A stretch of DNA of 64,000 bases from an uncultured Verrucomicrobiota bacterium (GTDB lineage Bacteria; Verrucomicrobiota; Verrucomicrobiia; Limisphaerales; UBA9464). Below, piece after piece: positions 31,926 through 41,683 of the stretch. Below the pieces are notes generated by a model, which was not told the origin of the DNA, searched no databases, and saw only the letters and a list, made by a program, of their open reading frames with translations. The stretch is from contig CAINWP010000076.1 in assembly GCA_903854475.1 (NCBI GenBank), forward strand, positions 58,112 through 122,111, read 5' to 3'. How positions within the stretch are numbered: position 1 is the stretch's first letter; each line of letters begins with the position of its first letter. Both the position numbers and the translations under genes were made by a program.

Positions 31926-31969
31926 TAGACCTTTAAGAAGGGGCTGGCCGTAATTCCAGCTCGAAGACA

Positions 31970-31997
31970 AACCCGCCTGAATCAGGCGGGTTTTTTT
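31970..31997 (+). terminator. rho-independent terminator
   Basis: cccgcc-tgaatca-ggcggg hairpin followed by T7 (31991-31997). Confidence 0.8.
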
Positions 31998-32134
31998 ATA
32001 GAGCGTTATTGAGCGCCCGGTAGGGCTCACATTCCTACACCGCTGAAGTAGAATTCCACCAAAAATGGGGCGATCGTGTCTCCATCAGCGCAGTCTTTCA
32101 GCGCTTTAAAAGGGCCCAGGAAGGGCTAAAAATA

Positions 32135-32208
32135 TGGTTGGCCAACATGGATTCGAACCATGACTAAGGGCGTCAAAGGCCCCTGTGCTACCATTACACC
32201 ATCGGCCA
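32135..32208 (-). tRNA. tRNA-Gln (anticodon UUG), CCA encoded
   Basis: The minus strand reads TGGCCGA-TG-GTG-TAATGGTAG-CAC-A-GGGGC-CTTTGAC-GCCCT-TAGT-CATGG-TTCGAAT-CCATG-TTGGCCA-A-CCA. It folds as a cloverleaf with a U1-A72 pair, a TTCGAAT T-loop and anticodon TTG. Confidence 0.9.
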
Positions 32209-32277
32209 ACAGCGGAGCGAGTCTAGGACGGGTCCTTCCCGGCTGAAAGTGAATTCCACAGGTAACGACCGGCTTTG

Positions 32278-33414
32278 ATGAGTTTTTACTCTACGGCGAC
32301 AAGGTGTCGCCAATGGGAAACCCCTCGGCTATCACTGGCTGCCATCAACACATCCGATAGCGCATCTGAGATGGTTCCCATTTCTCCGGCTGACCCGCCG
32401 ATTTCTCGGCGATGGTCCCGGCTGTCCTTGATCGCTGCTATTTTGTCGGTGCCTTCCTTCGGGATTCTCCTCATCACCCCCGGATGGCTGTTTCAGCGGA
32501 TGATGGCGATGGATATGAACGGCTTGGGGCCGGTGGTCCTAACGCTTTTCGTAGCAGTATCGGTTGGTTTTATTGGGTCGATCTTCGGTGGGCTTGCGCT
32601 ACGGCGGCTTCAAGGTCCGGATCCTGAGCGTCGTGGTCGGGCTTGGGCTGTGTTTGCAACGGCCGGTATACGGGGTCTACTGATGGTCATTGGCGGAACT
32701 TTCGGTTCCGTAGTTTTAGGCCGCGCGGTCGAAGAGGGGGGTGATCCCGAGTTTTTTAAGTCACGGTGGATTGCCGGGCTCGTCGTCACTCTCCTGTTGA
32801 GTGGAGTGTACCTTCGCGCTCGTCTTCGCGGCGTCCATAAACCTCGACGGGGACGCGGTTGGTGGGCCTTTGCCGGGGGATTACTGCTGCACCTAGTTCT
32901 CATACCAGCATTGCCGTTTTCGATGTTCCAGGCGTGGGCCACATTCCACCCAGAAATCGTCCGAGGAGGTGGTCAGAATCGGCGTTATGGAGGTCCTCAA
33001 GAACCTGGGCTCTTTGCGCAGCGTCAATTGCGCCTAAAAACAGCGGTTGGAAAGCCAACGACGGTGGTTCTAAGGTTCTGGGAAAATGGGAAGCCTCGTG
33101 AGTTGGGGCGGCGGGTGGTCAACGATGCATCCGCCTTGGAATGGCGGCTGATCGAGGGCCCGGGTTCGACTCAGGGACTGAGCCTGCATTGGACCAAACC
33201 AGCCACCACGCCTCTGGAAACGTGGTCATTGGCCTTGCCGCCCGGAGTTGAACTGACCTCGGTGCTCGAACCGCAGAGCCTGACGTTGCATAAGGGAACG
33301 AAGACCAACGTGTGGATCTTCCAGAATTTCGATCAACCGCTTGTCACCCCGACTAGCGCAAGTCCTGATTGGGCGGTGGAGGTGCTTGTAGAATCGGGAT
33401 CCCCATTGCCTTAA
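32278..33414 (+). CDS. hypothetical membrane protein
   Basis: Several hydrophobic helices in the N-terminal 220 aa (LIAAILSVPSFGILLI, VVLTLFVAVSVGFIGSIFGGL, LLMVIGGTFGSVVL, LVVTLLLSGVYL, LLLHLVLIPALPF) and a soluble C-terminal domain. Start uncertain; no motif recognised. Confidence 0.5.
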   Translation: MSFYSTATRCRQWETPRLSLAAINTSDSASEMVPISPADPPISRRWSRLSLIAAILSVPSFGILLITPGWLFQRMMAMDMNGLGPVVLTLFVAVSVGFIGSIFGGLALRRLQGPDPERRGRAWAVFATAGIRGLLMVIGGTFGSVVLGRAVEEGGDPEFFKSRWIAGLVVTLLLSGVYLRARLRGVHKPRRGRGWWAFAGGLLLHLVLIPALPFSMFQAWATFHPEIVRGGGQNRRYGGPQEPGLFAQRQLRLKTAVGKPTTVVLRFWENGKPRELGRRVVNDASALEWRLIEGPGSTQGLSLHWTKPATTPLETWSLALPPGVELTSVLEPQSLTLHKGTKTNVWIFQNFDQPLVTPTSASPDWAVEVLVESGSPLP

Positions 33415-33579
33415 AGCACCTCGCAAACAGCGTGGATACCCCGTTGGTCCGAACGATTTCTGTTGGATTCATCGTGTTGGCTGCGCCCTCTCGAGCCAGC
33501 GCTGGGTTGTACGCTCGTTCCGGGCCTCCAATGGGTTGGTTCCCGGTTCTCGCCTCGTTTTGTTAAAGAATTTGTCGCG

Positions 33580-34074
33580 CTATGAGTGACCTCCCAATGG
33601 ACTCGTTCCGGCTGAGTTGGCGGAAACCTCTTCGATGGCTTTGAGGCAATACCACTTCACGGCGCCGCTCATGGGTGGATCTAGCTCCTCGAGCGCTTCA
33701 GGAGAACACCAGCGGATGTCCCGATGCTCTTCGACCGCGAGGGTGAGCGAGCCACGGATGGGACGGGCAAAATAAATCATGCCGATGTGTTCGTGGGTGG
33801 CATGAATGCGGTGGATGTCGAGAAAACGGGGAGCAATGAGGGCCCGGGTACCGGGTTCGGTGGTTGGCGGTCGCTCGCCGAGAAGCTCGATTTCCAGACC
33901 GCTCTCCTCACGGGCCTCCCGCAAGGCCGCCTGTTCCGGGTCCTCGTCTAATTCGATGTGTCCGCCGAGCGGCAGCCATTTGCCGAGCTTGCGGTGTAGA
34001 ATGATCAGCACCTTCCGGTCCTGAACGACAAAGAGGGCGACGGTGAAATCGATATTTTCGTGGAGATGTGGCAT
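33580..34074 (-). CDS. NUDIX hydrolase
   Basis: Nudix box GGHIELDEDPEQAALREAREESGLE. Confidence 0.85.
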   Translation of the reverse strand: MPHLHENIDFTVALFVVQDRKVLIILHRKLGKWLPLGGHIELDEDPEQAALREAREESGLEIELLGERPPTTEPGTRALIAPRFLDIHRIHATHEHIGMIYFARPIRGSLTLAVEEHRDIRWCSPEALEELDPPMSGAVKWYCLKAIEEVSANSAGTSPLGGHS

Positions 34075-34315
34075 GGGTGAATGAATGGATGCAGAGCTAG
34101 GGTGACGATAAAAGAGCCCCCCCGGGTTTTGGATTTAACCGTGAGCTGGAGTATCAATAGAAGTCGTTCAAGGGCCTATCGGATCCAAATTACCCAAAGA
34201 GCGCTGTGAGGGTCGAGGGCCCGGTCGATTTGCTTCAATCGTAACCAGTGGCCGATGGCTGCGGTCAGCACTCATGTCTGGGGTTTTCTTGACTCCGCAA
34301 TTAACAACGATAGCC

Positions 34316-34909
34316 ATGAAACGCTTGTCTCTAGCCTCCCTGTTGGCCATTTGTGGCCTAATTCTTTCTACCGCCACCGGGTCGCTCTTGGCCCAGAACG
34401 AGGCTCCGGCGGCCCAAGCCGGCGCACCCGGCGCACCGGGTGGCCCCGGCGGTCGCGGGGGTCGGGGCAATTGGGATCCCGAGCAAATGCGTCAACGCAT
34501 GATGGAGCGCATTCGCGAGCAGCTGGCCGTGAAAGATGATGCAGAATGGAGTGTCATTGAGGCCCGCATTAAGAAAATCAACGACTCCCGATCTGGCATG
34601 GGTCGAGGCTTCGGCGGTCCCGGCGGCGGCCCTGGCGGTCCTGGCGGTCCTGGCGGTCAAGGGGGCCAAGCCGGTCAGGGTGGTCGTCAGGGACGCGGCG
34701 GTTTCGGTCAGCCTAACCCGGATGCGGAGGTCTTGCAGACGGCCTTGGACTCTGGTGCCTCAGCCGATGATATTAAGGTTAAGCTCACGGCTTACCGCGC
34801 AGCGGCAAAGGTGAAGGAAGGTCAACTCGAGAAGGCTCAAGATGAACTTCGCCAACTCCTCTCCGTCAAGCAAGAGGCCCGCGCGGTTCTGCTCGGCTTG
34901 CTGAAGTAA
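34316..34909 (+). CDS. secreted Gly/Pro-rich helical protein (CpxP/Spy-like appearance), function unknown
   Basis: ATG 34316 with signal peptide MKRLSLASLLAICGLILSTATGSLLAQ. Contains GAPGAPGGPGGRGGRG and GGPGGGPGGPGGPGGQGGQAGQGG tracts between predicted helices. Confidence 0.6.
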   Translation: MKRLSLASLLAICGLILSTATGSLLAQNEAPAAQAGAPGAPGGPGGRGGRGNWDPEQMRQRMMERIREQLAVKDDAEWSVIEARIKKINDSRSGMGRGFGGPGGGPGGPGGPGGQGGQAGQGGRQGRGGFGQPNPDAEVLQTALDSGASADDIKVKLTAYRAAAKVKEGQLEKAQDELRQLLSVKQEARAVLLGLLK

Positions 34910-35052
34910 GCCACAAATTCTGTGACGACCCCGGGAGGGGCGCTTGAAGGAAAGCGGGGAAGCAGGCTTCTCCACGTTTCTTCGGGTGCCACCTCCCGGT
35001 GTCGTTGTCGCCGGATTCTATTTAGACAATTGCTCCGTCAATCACCCGCATC

Positions 35053-36825
35053 ATGGCTGAAGCCTCGACACCCACCCAAACGCTTCTCGATCACATGATC
35101 GCCGAGCGGCAACTTTCTGCCGTTGATGCGTTGGCGTTTGTCCAGGCCCGATCGATCAAGGGAGCTTCAAGCGAAGGGGGTGAGGAAGCTACCGAGCGGG
35201 ATGTCTTAGAATGGCTGAGCCACGAATATGGGGTGGGGTTTCTTCCTTTGGATTCGGTCGAGGCCGATCGCGAGGTACTGGCGCTCTTCCCGGCCCGAAT
35301 TCTCCTCAAGGAAGAACTGCTGCCGCTGCGCCGCGATCACGGTTCTATCGAGATCGCCAGCTGTCGCCTTTTTGCTACTCGGGGGCTGGACACACTCCGC
35401 TCCCTGACAGGCCTCCGTCTCAAATTGGTTTTGTCGCCGCGGGAGGCGCTCCTACGGGAGATGAAGAAGAATCTCGGAGTCGGCGCCGACACCATCGGCG
35501 CACTCGACGAAGAGAAATCTGTCCAGGTCGTCGATGAAAACACCGAGGAATCCAACCTCGACGCCGGAGCCGAGGATGAAGCGTCCATTATACGCTTCGT
35601 AAATCAGGTTCTTAAAGACGCCATTGAGCTGCGGGCTTCGGATATTCATCTGGAGCCCTTCGAGCACGAATTTCGTATTCGCTACCGCATCGATGGCGAA
35701 CTACAGGAAATCCCGCTTCCGGCACAGCTCAAGCAGTTCCAACCGGCCATCGTTTCACGGGTCAAGATCCTCAGTCATCTCAACATCGCGGAGAAGCGCT
35801 TGCCTCAGGATGGGCGTATTAAGGTTCGCATCGAAGATACCGAGGTCGATATCCGTGTTTCAGTGATTCCCATGCTCCACGGGGAGGCGGTGGTCATGCG
35901 TCTATTGCGGCAGAATTCGACCCTGCGGGGTCTGTCCCATATCGGTCTAGGAACCCGCGAGTTGGAGTGTTTTCGGAAGGTGCTGAATTTGCCGCATGGA
36001 ATCGTGTTGGTGACAGGCCCGACCGGCAGCGGCAAGACCTCGACTCTTTACACCGCCCTCAACGAGATCAACGACGAGGTCCGCAAGATCATCACGATCG
36101 AAGACCCCGTCGAGTATCAGCTTCGGGGCGTGAATCAAATCCAGGTTTCGGAGAAGGCCGGACTCACCTTTGCCCGAGGATTGAGGTCTATTCTTCGCCA
36201 CGATCCAGATGTCGTACTGATCGGTGAAATCCGAGATCGGGAGACAGCACAAATCGCGGTGCAGGCCTCGCTGACCGGCCATTTGGTGTTCTCCACGCTG
36301 CATACCAATGACGCCCCGGGCGCGCTGACCCGCTTGGTGGACATGGGGGTTGAGCCTTATCTGGTGGCGTCGTCTCTGGAAGCGGTTCTGGCCCAGCGGC
36401 TGGTTCGAGTCTTGTGTCCTCATTGCAAGGTTCCCGACACCTCGGCTCATGCGAACGCCTTCCGATCTCGCATGGGCATTGCTCCAGAGGTGGAACTCTT
36501 CAAGGGCGTAGGATGTCGCGAGTGCCGGCAAACTGGATTCTTCGGACGTCATGCCATCTTCGAATGGATGGACATCGATGAGAATATCCGTCGGCTGATT
36601 TTGGAAAATGGCTCCACCGACCAAATTCGTTCGGCCGCGCGAACTTCCGGCATGCGGACATTGGCTGAGGACGGCTGGCGGTTGGTAGCTCAAGGCATCA
36701 CGACCGTAGAAGAGGTCCTGAGCGTCACCACGGACAAGGAAACTCCGCGATCCCAGGCACCGGCCGATTCGGGTGAAGCCACCGACCAGACCCGTGGTTC
36801 CGGGGCATCGGGTTCACGCACCTGA
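35053..36825 (+). CDS. gspE: type II secretion / type IV pilus assembly ATPase (GspE/PilB family)
   Basis: N-terminal T2SSE_N-like domain, Walker A GPTGSGKTST, Walker B DPDVVLIGEIRD, His box GHLVFSTLHTN, and tetracysteine CPHCK...CRECRQTG. Confidence 0.9.
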   Translation: MAEASTPTQTLLDHMIAERQLSAVDALAFVQARSIKGASSEGGEEATERDVLEWLSHEYGVGFLPLDSVEADREVLALFPARILLKEELLPLRRDHGSIEIASCRLFATRGLDTLRSLTGLRLKLVLSPREALLREMKKNLGVGADTIGALDEEKSVQVVDENTEESNLDAGAEDEASIIRFVNQVLKDAIELRASDIHLEPFEHEFRIRYRIDGELQEIPLPAQLKQFQPAIVSRVKILSHLNIAEKRLPQDGRIKVRIEDTEVDIRVSVIPMLHGEAVVMRLLRQNSTLRGLSHIGLGTRELECFRKVLNLPHGIVLVTGPTGSGKTSTLYTALNEINDEVRKIITIEDPVEYQLRGVNQIQVSEKAGLTFARGLRSILRHDPDVVLIGEIRDRETAQIAVQASLTGHLVFSTLHTNDAPGALTRLVDMGVEPYLVASSLEAVLAQRLVRVLCPHCKVPDTSAHANAFRSRMGIAPEVELFKGVGCRECRQTGFFGRHAIFEWMDIDENIRRLILENGSTDQIRSAARTSGMRTLAEDGWRLVAQGITTVEEVLSVTTDKETPRSQAPADSGEATDQTRGSGASGSRT

Positions 36826-36828
36826 CCC

Positions 36829-38088
36829 ATGCCCACCTTCACCTACCGAGCACTCCAAGCCGATGGGCAGATGGCCGATGGCATCGCCGAAGCGGCCACC
36901 CGTCCCGAAGCCTTGCGGGTCATCGAAGCGCGAGGGCTTCGTCCCGTCAGCGTCATCGAAGCCCGCGGCAGCGGAAAACCAACCGTCAAATCAGCCAAGG
37001 ATTCAGCCGCCCCCACTCAGGGAATGGGCGGGTGGTCGTTGGGTGGTTCCAAGGTGAGTTCGGAGGAATTAGAGAATTTCACTCGGTTGCTCTCCAGCCT
37101 ACTCGCCGCGGGGGTACCGTTGAGTCGGGCGCTGACCATCCTTGGTAAGGAGGCGTCGTCGCCGGTGGCCTCGGCAAAGTGGCGTGAAATCCATAGTCTG
37201 GTGGTGGATGGTATGTCCCTGGCCAGTGCCATGGCCCGATCCCCGGAAACGTTCCCGAAAGTTTATACGGCGATGGTCGAGGCCGGTGAGGCCGGCGGAT
37301 TTCTCGATGTCGTCCTCGCGCAAATCGCAGACTTCCAGTCCCGAGAAAAGGAGCTCCGATCCAAGGTGCTCACGGCGATGATCTATCCAGCCGTACTGTT
37401 GCTGATGGCCGTGGTGGTGCTGAGCGTGCTGCTGGTCTTTTTCATTCCCAAATTCCAGAAGGTTTTCACCAGCGTGAAAGGCGGCTTGCCCCTCATCACC
37501 CAAATTATTATCGCCACCAGCGACATCTTGCGTTCCTACGGGCTGTTGGTGTTGGTCGGGTTGGTACTGGGGAGTTTCTTTTTGAGAACCTGGATCGTCT
37601 CGCCCGCGGGCCGACGCATTTGGGAAGGGTTGACTTTGAAAGCTCCGGTCGTAGGTCCGCTCAGTGCCCGATTTGCGATGGCGCGTTTTTGCCGAATGCT
37701 GGGGACCTTGATTGGAGCCGATGTCCAGTTGGTTCAGGCACTGAATGTGGCGCGCCGTTCGATTGGTAACCAGATCTTGGTGGATGCTGTGGCACGTTCG
37801 ATCGACCAGGTGCAGCAGGGTGGACGTCTCGGCCAGAGTTTGGCGGAGTGTCCCACCCTCTTCAGCGGGTCCGTGATGGAGATGATCTCGGTGGCGGAAG
37901 AGAGTGGGCGACTGGATGTCGAACTCATCCGCATCGCCAACGTCACGGAGAGTGAATTAGACCGACGTCTTAAAACTGCGGTGGCCTTGGCCGAGCCGTT
38001 GCTCCTCTTCCTGATCGCCGGTTTTATCGGCTTCATCTTTATCGGCATGCTGCTTCCGGTTTTCTCGCTGCAAGACTACATCAAGTAA
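36829..38088 (+). CDS. gspF: type II secretion system F-family platform protein (GspF/PilC)
   Basis: Two T2SSF repeats with three TM segments. Starts 3 nt after the gspE stop. Confidence 0.9.
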   Translation: MPTFTYRALQADGQMADGIAEAATRPEALRVIEARGLRPVSVIEARGSGKPTVKSAKDSAAPTQGMGGWSLGGSKVSSEELENFTRLLSSLLAAGVPLSRALTILGKEASSPVASAKWREIHSLVVDGMSLASAMARSPETFPKVYTAMVEAGEAGGFLDVVLAQIADFQSREKELRSKVLTAMIYPAVLLLMAVVVLSVLLVFFIPKFQKVFTSVKGGLPLITQIIIATSDILRSYGLLVLVGLVLGSFFLRTWIVSPAGRRIWEGLTLKAPVVGPLSARFAMARFCRMLGTLIGADVQLVQALNVARRSIGNQILVDAVARSIDQVQQGGRLGQSLAECPTLFSGSVMEMISVAEESGRLDVELIRIANVTESELDRRLKTAVALAEPLLLFLIAGFIGFIFIGMLLPVFSLQDYIK

Positions 38089-38102
38089 TTCCTTCTGACC
38101 TC

Positions 38103-38558
38103 ATGAACCTGAACCTCACCCTTCGTCCCCAGGCAGGAGCCTTCGCCGGCAAGACACGTCGTCGCCACCGTGGTTTCACGTTGGTTGAGATGCTGTTGGT
38201 CATCACCATTATCGGGATTTTGGCCGCACTTGTGGTGCCCAAGATGATGGGTCGCAGCGAACAGGCCCGACAGTCGGCAGCACGCGCCGACATCGCCTCA
38301 ATCAAAACGGCTCTAGACGCTTACGAGGTGGACAATGGCACCTACCCGAAGGCCTTGGCCGACCTCATTCAGGCCCCGCGGCAGGCCCGCAACTGGCGCG
38401 GACCTTATTTGGACAAGGTCCCTCAAGATCCGTGGGGCAACGAATACCAGTACGCTCAACCTGGACGACAGAATTCTACCTCCTTCGATTTGTCCTCCAT
38501 AGGGCCAGACGGTAAGGCAGGAACCGAGGATGACTTTGGCAACTGGACGGCGAAATAA
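38103..38558 (+). CDS. gspG: major pseudopilin GspG
   Basis: Prepilin motif G/FTLVEMLLVITIIGILAALVVP. GspG core ARADIASIKTALDAYEVDNGTYP...WRGPYL...DPWGNEYQY...GPDGKAGTEDD. Confidence 0.9.
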   Translation: MNLNLTLRPQAGAFAGKTRRRHRGFTLVEMLLVITIIGILAALVVPKMMGRSEQARQSAARADIASIKTALDAYEVDNGTYPKALADLIQAPRQARNWRGPYLDKVPQDPWGNEYQYAQPGRQNSTSFDLSSIGPDGKAGTEDDFGNWTAK

Positions 38559-39132
38559 GAGTCACAGCCCCAAGGGTTCGCGGCAGCAGGGCTTCACCTT
38601 GATTGAAATGATTCTGGTGATGGCGTTGTTGGTTGTCGCTGTCTCGATGGTGTCTCCGCGCCTGTCGGGATTCATCCGCGGACGAGCCTTGGAGTCCGAA
38701 GCCCGTCGGGTTCTAGCCCTGACGCATGCGGCCCGGAGTCGGGCTATTTCCGAGAGCATGCCCGTCCTACTGTGGCTCGACGCCACCGTCGGGCGCTATG
38801 GTGTCGAGCGCGAGACTCCGGGCCAAAAGGGTGATCCGTTGGCTCAGGAGTTCACCGTCGATGACCATCTCCGGATCGCTTTTGATCAGGCCCAGCGCCT
38901 TATCGGCCAGACGTTGACGAGTACCCGCACCACGGGGTTGCTGCCCGGAATCTCCAGTTCTCAAAGACCCACCAACGCCCGGACCGAACCGTCGATCCGA
39001 CTCCTGCCGGATGGGACCATCGATGAGGACAGTCCTAACGCCATTCGCATCGAAGACTCCGATGGGTCCGTGCTGTGGCTCGTCGAAGGGTCGGACCGCC
39101 GCCATTATGAAATTCGCACCGGTCTCCAATAA
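38530..39132 (+). CDS. minor pseudopilin, GspH/FimT-like
   Basis: G/FTLIEMILVMALLVVAV N-methylation motif, then SGFIRGRALESEARRVLALTHAARSRAIS typical of GspH. Confidence 0.75.
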   Translation: MTLATGRRNKSHSPKGSRQQGFTLIEMILVMALLVVAVSMVSPRLSGFIRGRALESEARRVLALTHAARSRAISESMPVLLWLDATVGRYGVERETPGQKGDPLAQEFTVDDHLRIAFDQAQRLIGQTLTSTRTTGLLPGISSSQRPTNARTEPSIRLLPDGTIDEDSPNAIRIEDSDGSVLWLVEGSDRRHYEIRTGLQ

Positions 39133-39529
39133 CCGTCGGCGAGCGGGATACACCCTGGCGGAGACGCTGGCGGCCCTCCTCTTTTTGGCCATCGTCATCC
39201 CCGCCGTGGTCGAGGCGCTGCATGTGGCGGGGCGAGCCGGCACCGTATCTATACGCCGGGCTGTGGCCGCCCGCATTGCCGAACGGATGCTCACCGAGGC
39301 GACCCTCTACACCAATAGCAGCGCCACGCAAAGCGGGACTCAGGTCGAGGGAACGGTGGACTACCAGTGGACGGTGACCCGCGAGAACTGGGTGCAAAGC
39401 AGCCTACCGCTATTGACGGCCGAGGTCCGCTTTTTGACCCAGGGACAGGAGTCCTCGGTTCGGTTCTCTACGCTGGGTCACCCCGTCGATGCCCTCCCCG
39501 GAAGCAGCAGTAGCACCGCCCCCCGATGA
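39107..39529 (+). CDS. minor pseudopilin, GspI-like
   Basis: ATG 39107. Prepilin motif RRAG/YTLAETLAALLFLAIV with Glu at +5. Size about 140 aa. Confidence 0.7.
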   Translation: MKFAPVSNNRRRAGYTLAETLAALLFLAIVIPAVVEALHVAGRAGTVSIRRAVAARIAERMLTEATLYTNSSATQSGTQVEGTVDYQWTVTRENWVQSSLPLLTAEVRFLTQGQESSVRFSTLGHPVDALPGSSSSTAPR

Positions 39530-40230
39530 CCATCCCCGTTTCATCCAGAAGCAGGACTTCAATGGGGTTCACGTTGATCGAACTGATTCTCTCGATCGGG
39601 GCGGCAGCCCTCATCCTTATCGTCGCCAATCAGGTTCTTTTCACGAGTCTTCGGCTCCGCAACACGGTCTCTGATGCGATTGAATCGGCGGCCCCTCTGG
39701 AGTTGGCGCTCGATGCCCTGCGCCAAGACCTCAAGGGTGCGGTGACCCCGAAGACCAATGGACTCATCTCCGGCTCCTTCCGCGCCGGTACCTTGTCCAG
39801 CACGGTCAATGCCCAACCCGTTTCGCTCGAGTTCAATACGACTACCGGTTCCCTGCGGGCTTCAGAGCCTTGGGGTGTGGTCCAACGGGTTTCTTACAGT
39901 CTGCGGAATTCGGTTGAAGGAGGATCGGCGGAGATGGATCTCTATCGGGGCGTGTGCCGAAATCTCCTGGCCATCTCTGTAGCCGAGGTCGAGGACCAAC
40001 TCCTCTTGCGCGATGTGGCTCGTCTGGATGTTGAATCCTTTGATGGGATTCAGTGGCTTTCCCAATGGGACACCACCGATACCTTTGGTAGTACCACCAA
40101 TCTTCCGGTGGCCGTGCGTATTCGTCTCCAGCGTGGGGTTTCTTGGGGTCCCGACCCGGGACTCGTCGAATTATTGGTGCCCGTGAGCGCCCAGACACGC
40201 ACCAACTCCACCAGCACCGTCGGAGGCTGA
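39526..40230 (+). CDS. minor pseudopilin, GspJ-like
   Basis: MG/FTLIELILSIGAAALILIV prepilin motif. ATGA overlap with the upstream gene. Confidence 0.7.
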   Translation: MTIPVSSRSRTSMGFTLIELILSIGAAALILIVANQVLFTSLRLRNTVSDAIESAAPLELALDALRQDLKGAVTPKTNGLISGSFRAGTLSSTVNAQPVSLEFNTTTGSLRASEPWGVVQRVSYSLRNSVEGGSAEMDLYRGVCRNLLAISVAEVEDQLLLRDVARLDVESFDGIQWLSQWDTTDTFGSTTNLPVAVRIRLQRGVSWGPDPGLVELLVPVSAQTRTNSTSTVGG

Positions 40231-40232
40231 GC

Positions 40233-41663
40233 ATGGTACTTCAAACCCTGAGCCAGAAAATGAGGACGCGGGCGGTCCTAGACCGGCCCAAGCTCCAGAT
40301 GGATCGTCGCGCCGGGTCCCGGGCGTCGGTTCTGGTGGTGGTGCTGTGGATCACGGCTGGATTGACCGCGCTGGTTCTCTACTTTGCAGCCTCCATGAGT
40401 TTGGAGTTGCGGGCTTCGGCCAATCGAGCGGCCGACCTGGCGGCCGGTCAGGCCATCGAGGGCGCCGCGCGCTATGTGGGATGGGCCTTGGCTCAGTTCG
40501 CCACCAACGGGATGATGACCACCAATTCCCAGTTTGTTTGCCAGGCTTTGCCCATCGGAGAATCTCAGGTCTGGATTTTGGGCCGCAATCCGGCCCCCGC
40601 AGAATCCGGGCTCAACCAGTTGGTTTTTAACCTTCAGGACGAGTCGGGAAGGCTCAATCTCAACCGGGCCAATTCCAATGCTCTTTCGATGTTGCCTGGG
40701 ATGACCACCGAGTTGGCTGCCGCCATCGTGGATTGGAGGAGCACCAACGGGACCTTGCAGTTGGGTTATTCGAGTTTGGGCTATGAAGCCAAGCGGAGTC
40801 CGTTTGAAACGGTCGATGAATTGCGCTGGGTCCAGGGCATTACCTTAGATCACCTCTTCGGGGACGATCGCAACCAGAACGGGGTTCTCGACCCAGACGA
40901 ACGCAGCCTCACTGGATCCTTGTATTCGACTCCGGGCCTATTGGATACGACCACCGTCTTCAGTCGGGAGCCCAATTTCCATGCCGATGGCACTCTCCTC
41001 ACCAACGTCAATATCCGAGCCCAAATCCAGGGATTGCTCGATTCGTCCTTCGGCACCGGCCGTAGCCGCGAAATTCTCACTCGCTTAGGCTTCACCCAGG
41101 GCGGGGGCCCTGGGGGAGGAGGCGGGGGAGGAGCCGCGGCTGCGACGCCCAATTTCCCGAGTTTACTGCGTTTTTATCTAACCAGCGGTCTAAGCCAAGA
41201 TGACTTCGAACGCATCGCCCCGGAACTTTGCGTCACCACCAATACTTACAGCTATGGGCGGGTGAACCTGAATACGGCCAACGCCACGGTCCTCACTGCA
41301 CTTTTTGTTGGGGCGGGCTTGGCTCAAGAAGCTGCAGAGGGCGCGGCATCGACACTCGTTCAGTATCGGGAACAAAATACGACGAGCCTGAATTCCATCG
41401 CTTGGATGGTGGCCGCACTCGGTCGTGATCATCAGGCCGTAACCACTTTGGCTGGCCGCGATCTCCTTACGACCCGGAGCTTCCAATATGGAGCCGACCT
41501 GGTGGCCGTGGGGCCCTTGGGCCGAGGTTATCGCCGAGTGAAGTTCATTTTTGATATCAGTGATGGAGTCCCGAAGATCCTTTACCGTCAGGATCTCAGC
41601 CGATTGGGCTGGGCATTGGGCGACCGTGTCCGTGAGCAGATCGCCCAGCAAATCGATCGCTAG
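40233..41663 (+). CDS. GspK-like minor pseudopilin with helix-hairpin-helix motifs
   Basis: Hydrophobic N-terminus SVLVVVLWITAGLTALVLYF without Glu+5 (as in GspK). LNLNRANSNALSMLPGMTTELAAAIVDWR and VNLNTANATVLTAL are HhH/SAM-like motifs typical of GspK. Confidence 0.7.
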   Translation: MVLQTLSQKMRTRAVLDRPKLQMDRRAGSRASVLVVVLWITAGLTALVLYFAASMSLELRASANRAADLAAGQAIEGAARYVGWALAQFATNGMMTTNSQFVCQALPIGESQVWILGRNPAPAESGLNQLVFNLQDESGRLNLNRANSNALSMLPGMTTELAAAIVDWRSTNGTLQLGYSSLGYEAKRSPFETVDELRWVQGITLDHLFGDDRNQNGVLDPDERSLTGSLYSTPGLLDTTTVFSREPNFHADGTLLTNVNIRAQIQGLLDSSFGTGRSREILTRLGFTQGGGPGGGGGGGAAAATPNFPSLLRFYLTSGLSQDDFERIAPELCVTTNTYSYGRVNLNTANATVLTALFVGAGLAQEAAEGAASTLVQYREQNTTSLNSIAWMVAALGRDHQAVTTLAGRDLLTTRSFQYGADLVAVGPLGRGYRRVKFIFDISDGVPKILYRQDLSRLGWALGDRVREQIAQQIDR

Positions 41664-41683
41664 ATGAAGGCCCAGACCACCCC

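Noticed and set aside
31998-32300. tRNA-Gln as an integration site for a genomic island
   Set aside because: No integrase, recombinase or phage gene lies on either side, and I saw no repeat of the tRNA 3' end within the window.
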